NCBI GenBank assembly: GCA_027340875.1
Contig: DAIENX010000085.1
Location: 1 to 38,815 of the forward strand
Source of the DNA: Elusimicrobiota bacterium
Lineage (GTDB): Bacteria; Elusimicrobiota; Elusimicrobia; Elusimicrobiales; UBA9959
Direction: 5' to 3'
Length of the DNA: 38,815 nucleotides
A model generated the notes under the pieces. The model had not been told where the DNA came from and did no database searches. It worked only from the letters and a program-made list of their open reading frames with translations. The translations under genes and the position numbers were made by a program. Below, piece by piece: positions 26,657 through 34,510 of this stretch; position 1 is the first letter of the stretch, and every line of letters begins with the position of its first letter.

Positions 26657-27292
26657 TTATTTTTTCCTGAGCGTCCTGGCGACGCGGGCGCGGATGTCGG
26701 CCTGTATCTCGTCGATGGACCTGCCGGCGTCGACGCGCGTGATGCCGGGCCTCTTCGCCAGCAGCTTGTAGGCGCGGTTGACCCGGCGGCGGAAGGCGTC
26801 GGAAGCGCTCTCTATCCTGTCGCGGCCGGGCCTGGTCTTCTCGCGTTGGGCGAACACCCTGTCGGGGATGTCGAAGACTATCGTGAGATCAGGCTTCAGG
26901 TCCAGCGTGGCTATCCGGTTGAGCGTATCGACCGTCTTCAGGTCCAGGCCGCGGCCGTAGCCCTGGTAGGCGGTGGTAGAAAGGGTGTAGCGGTCCGAGA
27001 TGATGACCTTGCCGGCTTTCAGCGCCGGCAGTATCTTCTCCAGCGTGTGCTTGATCCTCGACGTCTCGTAGAGGAAGAGCTCGGTCATCGGCTCTATATG
27101 GCTTTTCGGGTCCAGCAGTATCTTGCGTATCTGCTCGGAAAGGCGCGTGCCGCCCGGCTCGCGGGTAAGCAGCACTTCGCGTCCGTGCTCTTTCTCCAGC
27201 CAGGCTTTAAGCAGCCCGGCCTGGGTGGACTTGCCGGAGCGGTCCGGGCCCTCGAGTACTATGAAAACGCCTTTTTTCATGGGATTTACCAT
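26657..27292 (-). CDS. tmk: Thymidylate kinase (start 27292 or 27280)
   Basis: FIVLEGPDRSGKSTQ, TREPGGT, SDRY, AYQGYGRG, PDLT, DRIE. Confidence 0.95.
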   Translation of the reverse strand: MVNPMKKGVFIVLEGPDRSGKSTQAGLLKAWLEKEHGREVLLTREPGGTRLSEQIRKILLDPKSHIEPMTELFLYETSRIKHTLEKILPALKAGKVIISDRYTLSTTAYQGYGRGLDLKTVDTLNRIATLDLKPDLTIVFDIPDRVFAQREKTRPGRDRIESASDAFRRRVNRAYKLLAKRPGITRVDAGRSIDEIQADIRARVARTLRKK

Positions 27293-27340
27293 ATGATAGC
27301 AAAGCCCGGGGCGCGGGGGCTATAAGCGGGAATTGGCCCG

Positions 27341-27475
27341 GCGGTCGTCCGGGGGGATTGCCTCCGCACCCTGGAAGACGGAAACCCTTGCGTCGGTTTC
27401 CCCCCGTCTTTCGGAATTTATGACGGGGCCCCCCTTTCCGCAAAGGGTGCGTTCGTCAATCCTCCGTCCGACCGC
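27341..27475 (-). other. Structured intergenic element B, homolog of element A
   Basis: Nested stems 27341-27347/27469-27475, 27352-27360/27457-27465, 27365-27372/27444-27451 plus two internal hairpins; sequence blocks collinear with 2779-2893. Confidence 0.6.
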
Positions 27476-27574
27476 ATATAAATATCCTAAGATGGCTGTC
27501 CATCGGAATAAAAAGATGTTGAAACCGCGTAGGTGCGGGCTGTGCGGGGGGAGCGATTTTAGGGGGCAAAGTAC

Positions 27575-27726
27575 AGTTCGCCGGAATAGGTGGAGGGGTG
27601 ACGCCCGGGCCGGTTTTACGGGACGGCCGCGTAAGGTGAACGGCAGGCACGCATCTCGCCAGCCTAGCAGGGGATGGGTGGAGCGGCTGGACCGGAAAAC
27701 CGGCCCGGGCGGCAGGACCCCGAACT
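27575..27726. repeat. Long rod-like palindromic element
   Basis: Perfect 16-bp IR CGCCCGGGCCGGTTTT (27602-27617) / AAAACCGGCCCGGGCG (27696-27711), extended inward by CGGCCGC/GCGGCTG and outward by GGGGT/ACCCC and AGTTC/GAACT. Confidence 0.55.
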
Positions 27727-27785
27727 TGCATTCGGCGCAAAGCCGCGCCCGCTCATGAGCGATACCCGCCCAGACCACACCGGAG

Positions 27786-29465
27786 CTAGGCCGGATTGGC
27801 GGAGGCTTTGAGCTTCTCTATCTCGGCTTTGACCTGGTCGTCGGGGATCTTGCTGAAGAGCAGGGAATCGTCCGCGCCAAGAGCCACGTTATCCAGCGAG
27901 GGCGCGTAGGGCTTGAACTCCGGGGCGCCTTCGCAGGCCACTCCGGCCTTGGCCAGTATCTTCAGCGCCGTGTCCGGTATCACCGGGTACAGCAGTATCG
28001 CGCAGTTGACGATGGCGCGGGCCGCGACATTCAGCACGGTGGCGCAGCGGGCCGGGTCCGTCTTGCGCAGCTTCCACGGCGCGGTGTCGTTGACGTACTT
28101 GTTGGCCGCTATGGCCTGCGCCATCGCTCCGGAGAGCGCCTGGCGCACCTTGTAGGAATAATAGCAGCGTCCCACCTCGTCGAAGGCGGGCTGGAAGGAG
28201 TCGATCAGCGCCTTGTCCTCGGGGGCTAGCGCGCCCTGCGCGGGGATCTTCCCGTCGAAGTTCTTCTTCATGAACGAGAAGCAGCGGTTCACCAGGTTGC
28301 CCAGAGTGTCCGCCAGCTCGTTGTTGCGGGCGGCGAAGTCCTCCCACAGGAACTGGGAGTCGGAGGTCTCCGGCCCGTTGGAGGCTATCGCGTAGCGCAG
28401 CGCGTCCACCGAATACTTGGAGAAGAAGTCGTCCGTGTCTATGTACCAGCCCTCGGACTTGGAGAACTTGCGGTTCTCGAGGTTGTAGAACTCGTTGCCG
28501 GGCACGTTGTCCGGCAGGATATACGGCTTTTCCTGACCCATCAGCATGGCCGGCCAAATTATGGTGTGGAAGATGATGTTGTCCTTGCCGATGAAATGCA
28601 CCAGCTTCACGTCCTTGCCGAACCACCAGTCCTTCCACGCCTCCGGCTTGCCGTTGAGCTTGGCCCACTCCATCGTAGCGGAAATATAGCCGATCGGCGC
28701 GTCGAACCAGACGTATAGCACCTTGCCCTTGGCCTCCGGCAGCGGCACCGGCACGCCCCAGGTCAGCTCGCGCGTGATGGAGCGCTTCACGAGTCCTTCC
28801 TCGATGAGGGAAAGCGCCTTGTTGCGCACGTTGGGCTTCCAGTCGGTCTTGCTCTCCAGCCACTCCTTGAGGCGCGGCGCGAAGGCCGTCAGGTCCAGGA
28901 AGTACTGCGTCACCTCGCGTATCTCCGGCTTGGTGCCGCAGACCTTGCAGGACGGGCCTACCACCTTGGAAGGCTCCAGCCACTCGCCGCACTTGGTGCA
29001 CTCGTCGCCGCGCACGTCCGGCGCGCCGCATTTGGGGCAGGAACCCGTGACATAACGGTCCGCGAGGAACCTGTCGCACTTGGGGCAGAAGAACTGCTGC
29101 TCCGCCGCGGGCTTGATGTAGCCCTTCTTGTAGAGCTCGGTGAAGAACTCCTGCGACAACGGGTAATGCTCGGCTATCGTGGTGCGGGAGAAGTGGTCGA
29201 AGCGGATGTTCAGCCGGTCGAAGAAGGACTTGATGGTGCGGTGGTGGCCGTCCACGTACTCCTTGTACGGCATGCCGGCCTTCTCCGCGCCTATCGTTAT
29301 GGCGACGCCGTGCTCGTCGGTGCCGCAGATGTAGATGGCGTCCTCCCTCTTCTGGCGCAGGAACCTGTTGAAGATGTCCCCCGGCAGGTAGGCGCCGGCG
29401 ATGTGGCCGAAATGGATGGGCCCGTTCGCGTAGGGCAATGCGCTGGTGATGAGGTATCTGGACAT
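27786..29465 (-). CDS. metG: Methionine--tRNA ligase, double-knuckle MetRS2 type, no C-terminal appended domain
   Basis: TSALPYANGPIHFGH, CGTDEHG, four CxxC pairs, YVWFDAPIGY, GKDNIIFH, KFSKS. Confidence 0.95.
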   Translation of the reverse strand: MSRYLITSALPYANGPIHFGHIAGAYLPGDIFNRFLRQKREDAIYICGTDEHGVAITIGAEKAGMPYKEYVDGHHRTIKSFFDRLNIRFDHFSRTTIAEHYPLSQEFFTELYKKGYIKPAAEQQFFCPKCDRFLADRYVTGSCPKCGAPDVRGDECTKCGEWLEPSKVVGPSCKVCGTKPEIREVTQYFLDLTAFAPRLKEWLESKTDWKPNVRNKALSLIEEGLVKRSITRELTWGVPVPLPEAKGKVLYVWFDAPIGYISATMEWAKLNGKPEAWKDWWFGKDVKLVHFIGKDNIIFHTIIWPAMLMGQEKPYILPDNVPGNEFYNLENRKFSKSEGWYIDTDDFFSKYSVDALRYAIASNGPETSDSQFLWEDFAARNNELADTLGNLVNRCFSFMKKNFDGKIPAQGALAPEDKALIDSFQPAFDEVGRCYYSYKVRQALSGAMAQAIAANKYVNDTAPWKLRKTDPARCATVLNVAARAIVNCAILLYPVIPDTALKILAKAGVACEGAPEFKPYAPSLDNVALGADDSLLFSKIPDDQVKAEIEKLKASANPA

Positions 29466-29530
29466 TTTCCCGCCTTTGCTGCGTCTCTTATATGCAATTT
29501 TATCAAATATGGGGCGTCAGCGGGGCGGCC

Positions 29531-29562
29531 AAAAAAACGGCCCCGGTTCCCCGGGGCCGTTT
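29531..29562 (-). terminator. Intrinsic terminator downstream of nrdJ
   Basis: Minus strand AAACGGCCCCGG-GGAA-CCGGGGCCGTTTTTTT. Confidence 0.8.
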
Positions 29563-29581
29563 CGCCGGTCCTGCCGATCTC

Positions 29582-32101
29582 TCAGGAGCACTCCGAGTAG
29601 CCGCAGTCGTGGCAGGTCGGGCCCGAGCAGCCGGACTCGAAGCTGACGTTGGAGGAGTAGCACTTGGGGCAGTACTGGGTGTGGGAGGCGTCCCACAGCT
29701 CCAGCTTCTCCTGCCCGTTGATCTCCTGGTCCGAGGCTATCATGCCGGTGCGCTTCAGGTGGCTTCTGAGCGCGACGGCCAGGCCGTGCGCTATGGAGTT
29801 GATCCTGTTCTCTCCCAGGCCTACCGGCCTGTCGCCCTTCACCGAGTTCAGATGCTTGATGACCTTTATCGGGTCGCCGCCCTCCTCGAGGTACTTGGAG
29901 AGCAGTATGCCCATCAGAGAGGTCAGGCCGCTGATCTCGGTGCCGAGCGGCGGCATGTTGGTGAACACCTGGTAGGGGCCGTGCTCGTTGTAGTTGATGT
30001 GCACGTGCAGCGGGCCGTAGCCGGTCTTCAGCTGGAAGTATTCCGACGACACTCCGAAGGAGTGATAGGCGCCCTTCTTCTTCTTGGTCTTGGCCTGCGG
30101 CTGCTGCTGAGCCTCGGCGGGGCCTATGTTCAGGACCTGCTGCGCCTTGCAGCCGTCGCGGTAGACGGTCAGGCCCTTGCAGCCCAGCTTATGGGCCAGC
30201 AGGTAGCAGTTCTTCACGTCCTCCTCCTTGGCGGAGTTGGGCATGTTGATGGTCTTGGAGACCGCGTTGTCTATGTGCTTCTGGAAGGCCGCCTGGATGC
30301 GGATGTGGTTCTCCACCGTCACGTCGTGTGCGGTGGGGAACAGGTCCTGCACGTGTTTCGGTATCTCCGGGATGCCGCGCACGGCCTTGTGGTTGGCCTC
30401 TATCTTCTTCCAAAGGGTCTTCTCGTCCAGGCCGAAGTAGTTGCTCTCCTTGGCCAGCTGCTTGAACAGCGTATTGACCTCGTAGAAGGTGTCCTTGGAG
30501 TCTGCTTCCTTGCCGTTCTTGATCGCGTCCAGCGCCTTGGCGTTGTAGCGGGTGTAGGCTATAGCGAAGAAAGGCTCTATGCCGGAGCCCTGCAGGCCGG
30601 CCGCTATGGCGATGGTCCCGGTGGGGGCTATCGTGGTGCGGGAGGCGTTGCGGGGCCTGGCGGAGATGCCGCGGAAATGGCGGCTCTCGGTGTCGTAGAT
30701 GGAGCCCTTCCAGTTCTGGAATACGCCGCGCTCCTTGCCCAGCTCCTCCGAGGCCTCCAGCGCCTTGTCGTTGATGAACTTCATCACCTCTTCGGCCTTC
30801 TTGAGGCCTTCGGGGCTGTCGTAGGCCACGCCCAGCTTCACGGCCGTTTCGGCCCAGCCCATCACGCCAAGGCCTATCTTGCGGTTGCCCTTGGCGATCT
30901 TCTCTATCTCCGGGAGGGGGTAGTTGTTGATCTCGATGACGTTGTCCAGGAAGCGGACGGCCTTGTTGACAGTGTCGCCGAGGCGGGTCCAGTCGAGCTT
31001 CGCGTGCGTGACCTCGCCGGTGACGTAGTTGGCGAGGTTTATCGAGCCAAGGTTGCAGGACTCCCACGGCAGCAGCGGCTGCTCGCCGCAGGGGTTGGTG
31101 CTCTCTATCTGGCCCAGCGCCGGGGTCGGGTTGGAATTGGTCTCGTTGATGCGGTCGATGAAGACTATGCCGGGGTCGCCGGTGGCCCAGGCGGACTCGA
31201 CCATCGTGTTGAAGACCTCGCGGGCCTTCAGCGTCCCGGAGGCCTCCTTGGTGCGCGGGTTGACCAGGTCGTAATTGGCGTTGGTCTCCACGGCCTTCAT
31301 GAACTTGTCGTCGAGGGCTATCGAGATGTTGAAGTTCTCCAGCACGCCCTGCTGGGACTTTATCGTGATGAAGTCCTTGATCTCCGGGTGGTTGTACGGG
31401 ATGATGCCCATGTTCGCGCCGCGGCGCGTGCCGCCCTGCTTGACAACGTCGGTCAGCTTGTCGAAGAGCTTCATGAACGAGATCGCGCCGGAGGCCACGC
31501 CGTTGGTCTTCTTGACCACGTCGCCCTTCGGGCGCACGCGGCAGAACGAGAAGCCGGTGCCGCCGCCCGACTTCTGGATCAGGCTCTGCGCGGTCAGCGC
31601 CTTGGCTATGCCCTCCATCGAGTCCGGAACGGGCAGCACGTAGCAGGCCGAGAGCTGCTGCAGGTCGCGCCCGGCGTTCATCAGCGTGGGGGAATTGGGC
31701 AGGAAGTCGAAGCCGGCCATCAGGTTGTAGAAGTCCAGCTTCCAGCGGTCGGCCGCCTCGCGGGCCTCCGGCACGTCCTTGTAGGCCTTCTCGAGGTTGG
31801 CCACGAACTTCATGAAGTTGGCCTCGCGCTCCGAGGATTCGGCGAGACCCTCGTGGAAAAGAAGGGTGCGGGACTGGGTGCCGTCGGTGGCGGCCGGCAC
31901 CGTGCGGACGGCGACCCCCTCGAAGACGCCCCATTTCTCGGCGTCGGGATGGAAGATCAGCTCGGAAAGCGAAATGTTGTGGGCTACGCGCTCGAAAAGT
32001 TCCTCGGCGCTCTTGTCCTCGCGCAGGTACTTGTCCTTTATAACCTTAGCCTGGTTCTCGTTAACGTGTATCTCTTTCTTGCCCAGTGTCATCGTCTTCA
32101 T
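29582..32101 (-). CDS. nrdJ: Class II (adenosylcobalamin-dependent) ribonucleotide reductase
   Basis: PNSPTLMNAG, LSAC, QGGTRRGANMG, TNPCGEQ..ESCNLGS, TIAPTGT, AVSKTIN, TVYRDG; C-terminal CPKC...CHDCGYSEC; no ATP-cone recognised. Confidence 0.93.
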   Translation of the reverse strand: MKTMTLGKKEIHVNENQAKVIKDKYLREDKSAEELFERVAHNISLSELIFHPDAEKWGVFEGVAVRTVPAATDGTQSRTLLFHEGLAESSEREANFMKFVANLEKAYKDVPEAREAADRWKLDFYNLMAGFDFLPNSPTLMNAGRDLQQLSACYVLPVPDSMEGIAKALTAQSLIQKSGGGTGFSFCRVRPKGDVVKKTNGVASGAISFMKLFDKLTDVVKQGGTRRGANMGIIPYNHPEIKDFITIKSQQGVLENFNISIALDDKFMKAVETNANYDLVNPRTKEASGTLKAREVFNTMVESAWATGDPGIVFIDRINETNSNPTPALGQIESTNPCGEQPLLPWESCNLGSINLANYVTGEVTHAKLDWTRLGDTVNKAVRFLDNVIEINNYPLPEIEKIAKGNRKIGLGVMGWAETAVKLGVAYDSPEGLKKAEEVMKFINDKALEASEELGKERGVFQNWKGSIYDTESRHFRGISARPRNASRTTIAPTGTIAIAAGLQGSGIEPFFAIAYTRYNAKALDAIKNGKEADSKDTFYEVNTLFKQLAKESNYFGLDEKTLWKKIEANHKAVRGIPEIPKHVQDLFPTAHDVTVENHIRIQAAFQKHIDNAVSKTINMPNSAKEEDVKNCYLLAHKLGCKGLTVYRDGCKAQQVLNIGPAEAQQQPQAKTKKKKGAYHSFGVSSEYFQLKTGYGPLHVHINYNEHGPYQVFTNMPPLGTEISGLTSLMGILLSKYLEEGGDPIKVIKHLNSVKGDRPVGLGENRINSIAHGLAVALRSHLKRTGMIASDQEINGQEKLELWDASHTQYCPKCYSSNVSFESGCSGPTCHDCGYSECS

Positions 32102-32240
32102 GCGTTGTCCTCGGTTGGTATTTCCCAGGACTTCTCGGTAAATTCGGTCTGACTGCCGCCCGGCTCAGGCCACCCCCGGCGCTTACGAGCCGAACGCTTA
32201 CGTCCTTAACCCAACACCAAAAAGCTTATGGAATACTGCT

Positions 32241-32270
32241 AATGTAACAATAGCCAGGAACGGTTGTCAA
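32241..32270 (-). promoter_or_regulatory. Sigma70-type promoter for nrdJ
   Basis: Minus strand TTGACA-N18-TACATT with extended TG. Confidence 0.6.
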
Positions 32271-32315
32271 ATCTGCCGACGAAGGCCCTTTCGAACGGCC
32301 CGGCCGGGACAAAAT

Positions 32316-32324
32316 TGTTATAAT
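32316..32324 (+). promoter_or_regulatory. Extended -10 promoter for the sigma54-like/kinase/activator operon
   Basis: TGTTATAAT, 23 nt before ATG 32348. Confidence 0.6.
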
Positions 32325-32347
32325 TCCGGGGGGCGGCCGGGCTCATT

Positions 32348-33394
32348 ATGGAGAAGAAAAAAAAGACGTCGCTGGAGCTTTCCCCGGGACAGCTGCCGCG
32401 GCAGGACCTGCGGCTCTTCTCGGCGCTTTCCTCGACGGAGAGAGACCTGCTGCGACAGGAGGCCGAGCTGCTGGCGGACCCGCTGTTCGCCCGGCTCTCC
32501 GAAGCGGCCCCGGACGGCAGCGCGCCGGTCCTGCGCCGGCGGCTTCCGGGGGCCTCGTACGCGTTCGCCGCCGCCTGCGGGGACGACGCTCTGGCCGCGG
32601 CCGCGGGGCTGGCCGGGGCAGGGGAATGGCTGGCCGACAGGCCGGCCATGCTGGAGCTGGCCCGCCGCGTGGGGCGGGTCAATTTCGAGAAATATTTCCT
32701 GGGCGGGCTACCCGGTTCGTCTTCCGCGGCACGGGCCTGCGGGCTGACCGAGGCGGAGTTCTCTTCTCTGAAGGCTTTCACGGACGCTTTCATTCTGGCC
32801 CATGAGCGGGTGCGGCCGGAGGCCCTGCCGTCGCTCTATCTGCGCTGCTCCGCGGTGGTCGCCGCCGAGGGGGGGCGGCTTTCCGTCTCCTATACCCACC
32901 CGTTCTACGCCAGAGGCGCGTACTGCATAGACCGCAGAGCGCTGGCCAGGTTGTTGAAGTCCGGAGCTCTGGACCGTGCGGAAACGGCCCGGGCTTCGGC
33001 GCTGCTGTCCAAGGCCCAGCGCCTGTCCTGGCGGCGGGCCGGTCTTCACCGCGTCGTCACCGCTCTGCTCGAGGCGCAGGCCGGCTTCCTGCTCGGCAGG
33101 ACCGGGCTGCTCCCGCTTACTCAGCGGGAGATAGCGGCCAGGACCGGCCTGAACCCTTCCACGGTATGCAGGCTTATCTCCGCCCGTACCCTGATGACGC
33201 CCGAGGGGGAGGAGGTGCGCCTTACGGACCTGTTCCTTGCAAAAAGCGCCTATATAATTGATAAAATAAAAAGCATCTTAGGGGACGGCTCTGCAACTAT
33301 GACCGACAGCGAGATAGCCGGCGCGCTCAGGCGCAGCGGCATCCGCGTTCCCAGGCGCAGCGTTAATTTCTACAGGAAGAAGACCGGCGGATGA
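32348..33394 (+). CDS. Highly diverged, short sigma54 (RpoN)-like factor
   Basis: PLTQREIAARTGLNPSTVCRL (RpoN -12 HTH), TPEG..LTDLF, TDSEIA..L...GIRVPRRSVNFYRK (RpoN-box variant). N-terminal LSSTERDLLRQEAELLADPLF resembles region I. Confidence 0.8.
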   Translation: MEKKKKTSLELSPGQLPRQDLRLFSALSSTERDLLRQEAELLADPLFARLSEAAPDGSAPVLRRRLPGASYAFAAACGDDALAAAAGLAGAGEWLADRPAMLELARRVGRVNFEKYFLGGLPGSSSAARACGLTEAEFSSLKAFTDAFILAHERVRPEALPSLYLRCSAVVAAEGGRLSVSYTHPFYARGAYCIDRRALARLLKSGALDRAETARASALLSKAQRLSWRRAGLHRVVTALLEAQAGFLLGRTGLLPLTQREIAARTGLNPSTVCRLISARTLMTPEGEEVRLTDLFLAKSAYIIDKIKSILGDGSATMTDSEIAGALRRSGIRVPRRSVNFYRKKTGG

Positions 33395-34500
33395 GCGAAA
33401 CAAAAGAGAACCAGTTGCAGGCGCTGCAGCGCAGCCTTTTCGAGGCGGTATTCCTCAGGTCCCAGGACCCGATGCTCGTGCTCGATAGGTCGCTCAACGT
33501 GGCGCTGATCAACTCGGGCGCGATGAAGCTGCTGGGCTGGAGCGGCCAGCCGGTGGCCGGCAAGCCGGTCTCCGAACTGGTGCTGGAGAAGGACCTCCGG
33601 GAGTTCGAAGAGCTGACCGAGAAGGCGGTCAAGAGCGGTACGGTACGGAATTACCGGTTCTACATGCTGACCTCGTCGAAGAGCATCGTGCGCCTCTACC
33701 TGACCGTGCAGGCCCTGAAAAGCGAGCCGGGGGAGCTTACCGGCTTCTGTCTTTATCTGTCGCAGGTCTCTCCGGACGAATGGTCCGCGCTGAAGGACCC
33801 GCATGTTTTCCGCAACGCGGTGCGCAAGCTGAACCGGCTCACCTCGATGGGCCAGCTCACCTCTATGTTCGCGCATGACATCAAGAACCCGCTGCACGTT
33901 ATACTTTCCACTTCGGAGCTGCTCCGGGCGCAGGAGGGCCAGCCGGAGGCGGTGCGCAACGGCGCCGAGCTTATAGAGCGCAACGCCAGGCGCGCCTCCA
34001 AGATAGTGAAGACGCTGCTGGATTTCTCGCGCAGCGGGGCCTGCCGCCTCGAGCCGTATTCCGTAGAGACCGCCGCCGAGTCCGCGCTGGAGCTGATAGA
34101 CAGCGCCGCGAAGGCCTCCAAGGTCAAGCTGGAGAAGAAGTTCCGCAAGACCCCGAAGGTGTTCCTCGATCCTCATTACATGCACAGCGTCATCTACAAC
34201 GTGCTGAACAACGCGGTCCAGGCGCTCAGCGGCTCGGATAAGGGAGTGGCGGAAGTCTCCACCGGCTGGCTGGAGGACGACAAGGAAGTGTTTCTGAACG
34301 TCTCCGACAACGGGCCCGGCCTGGAACCGGGCATGCTGGAGAACCTCTTCCGCCCGTTCTTCACCACCAAGGAGACCGGCACCGGCCTCGGGCTTTACCT
34401 CGCCCGCCAGATAATGGACGAGCACGGCGGCCGCATCCTGGTCTCCTCCTCTCCCGACGGAGGAGCGCTGGTCAGCCTGCGCTTCAAGAAGACCGTCTAG
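33391..34500 (+). CDS. Cytoplasmic PAS-domain sensor histidine kinase
   Basis: PAS-like N-terminus without TM; AHDIKNPL (H box), NNAVQA, DNGPG, FTTK, GTGLGL. ATGA overlap with the rpoN-like gene. Confidence 0.93.
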   Translation: MSETKENQLQALQRSLFEAVFLRSQDPMLVLDRSLNVALINSGAMKLLGWSGQPVAGKPVSELVLEKDLREFEELTEKAVKSGTVRNYRFYMLTSSKSIVRLYLTVQALKSEPGELTGFCLYLSQVSPDEWSALKDPHVFRNAVRKLNRLTSMGQLTSMFAHDIKNPLHVILSTSELLRAQEGQPEAVRNGAELIERNARRASKIVKTLLDFSRSGACRLEPYSVETAAESALELIDSAAKASKVKLEKKFRKTPKVFLDPHYMHSVIYNVLNNAVQALSGSDKGVAEVSTGWLEDDKEVFLNVSDNGPGLEPGMLENLFRPFFTTKETGTGLGLYLARQIMDEHGGRILVSSSPDGGALVSLRFKKTV

Positions 34501-34510
34501 GCCCTTTCCG

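Noticed and set aside
27296..27786. 6S RNA, SRP RNA, tmRNA, RNase P, tRNA-Sec or retron ncRNA in the tmk-metG gap
   Set aside because: No diagnostic motifs found by eye; the terminal stem is too short for a typical 6S; no reverse transcriptase nearby. An Rfam scan is still needed to exclude these formally.
31780..31960. Insertion near the NrdJ N-terminus as an intein
   Set aside because: Only about 55-60 aa, with no Cys/Ser start or His-Asn end; likely a lineage-specific loop.
29492..32152. 886-aa + strand ORF and 581-aa alternative-frame ORF over nrdJ
   Set aside because: Shadow ORFs typical of high-GC3 genes, with no motifs. The same applies to 3939-5102, 12489-13829, 16794-17921, 18158-19390, 24439-25572, 33370-34548 and 34484-35653.
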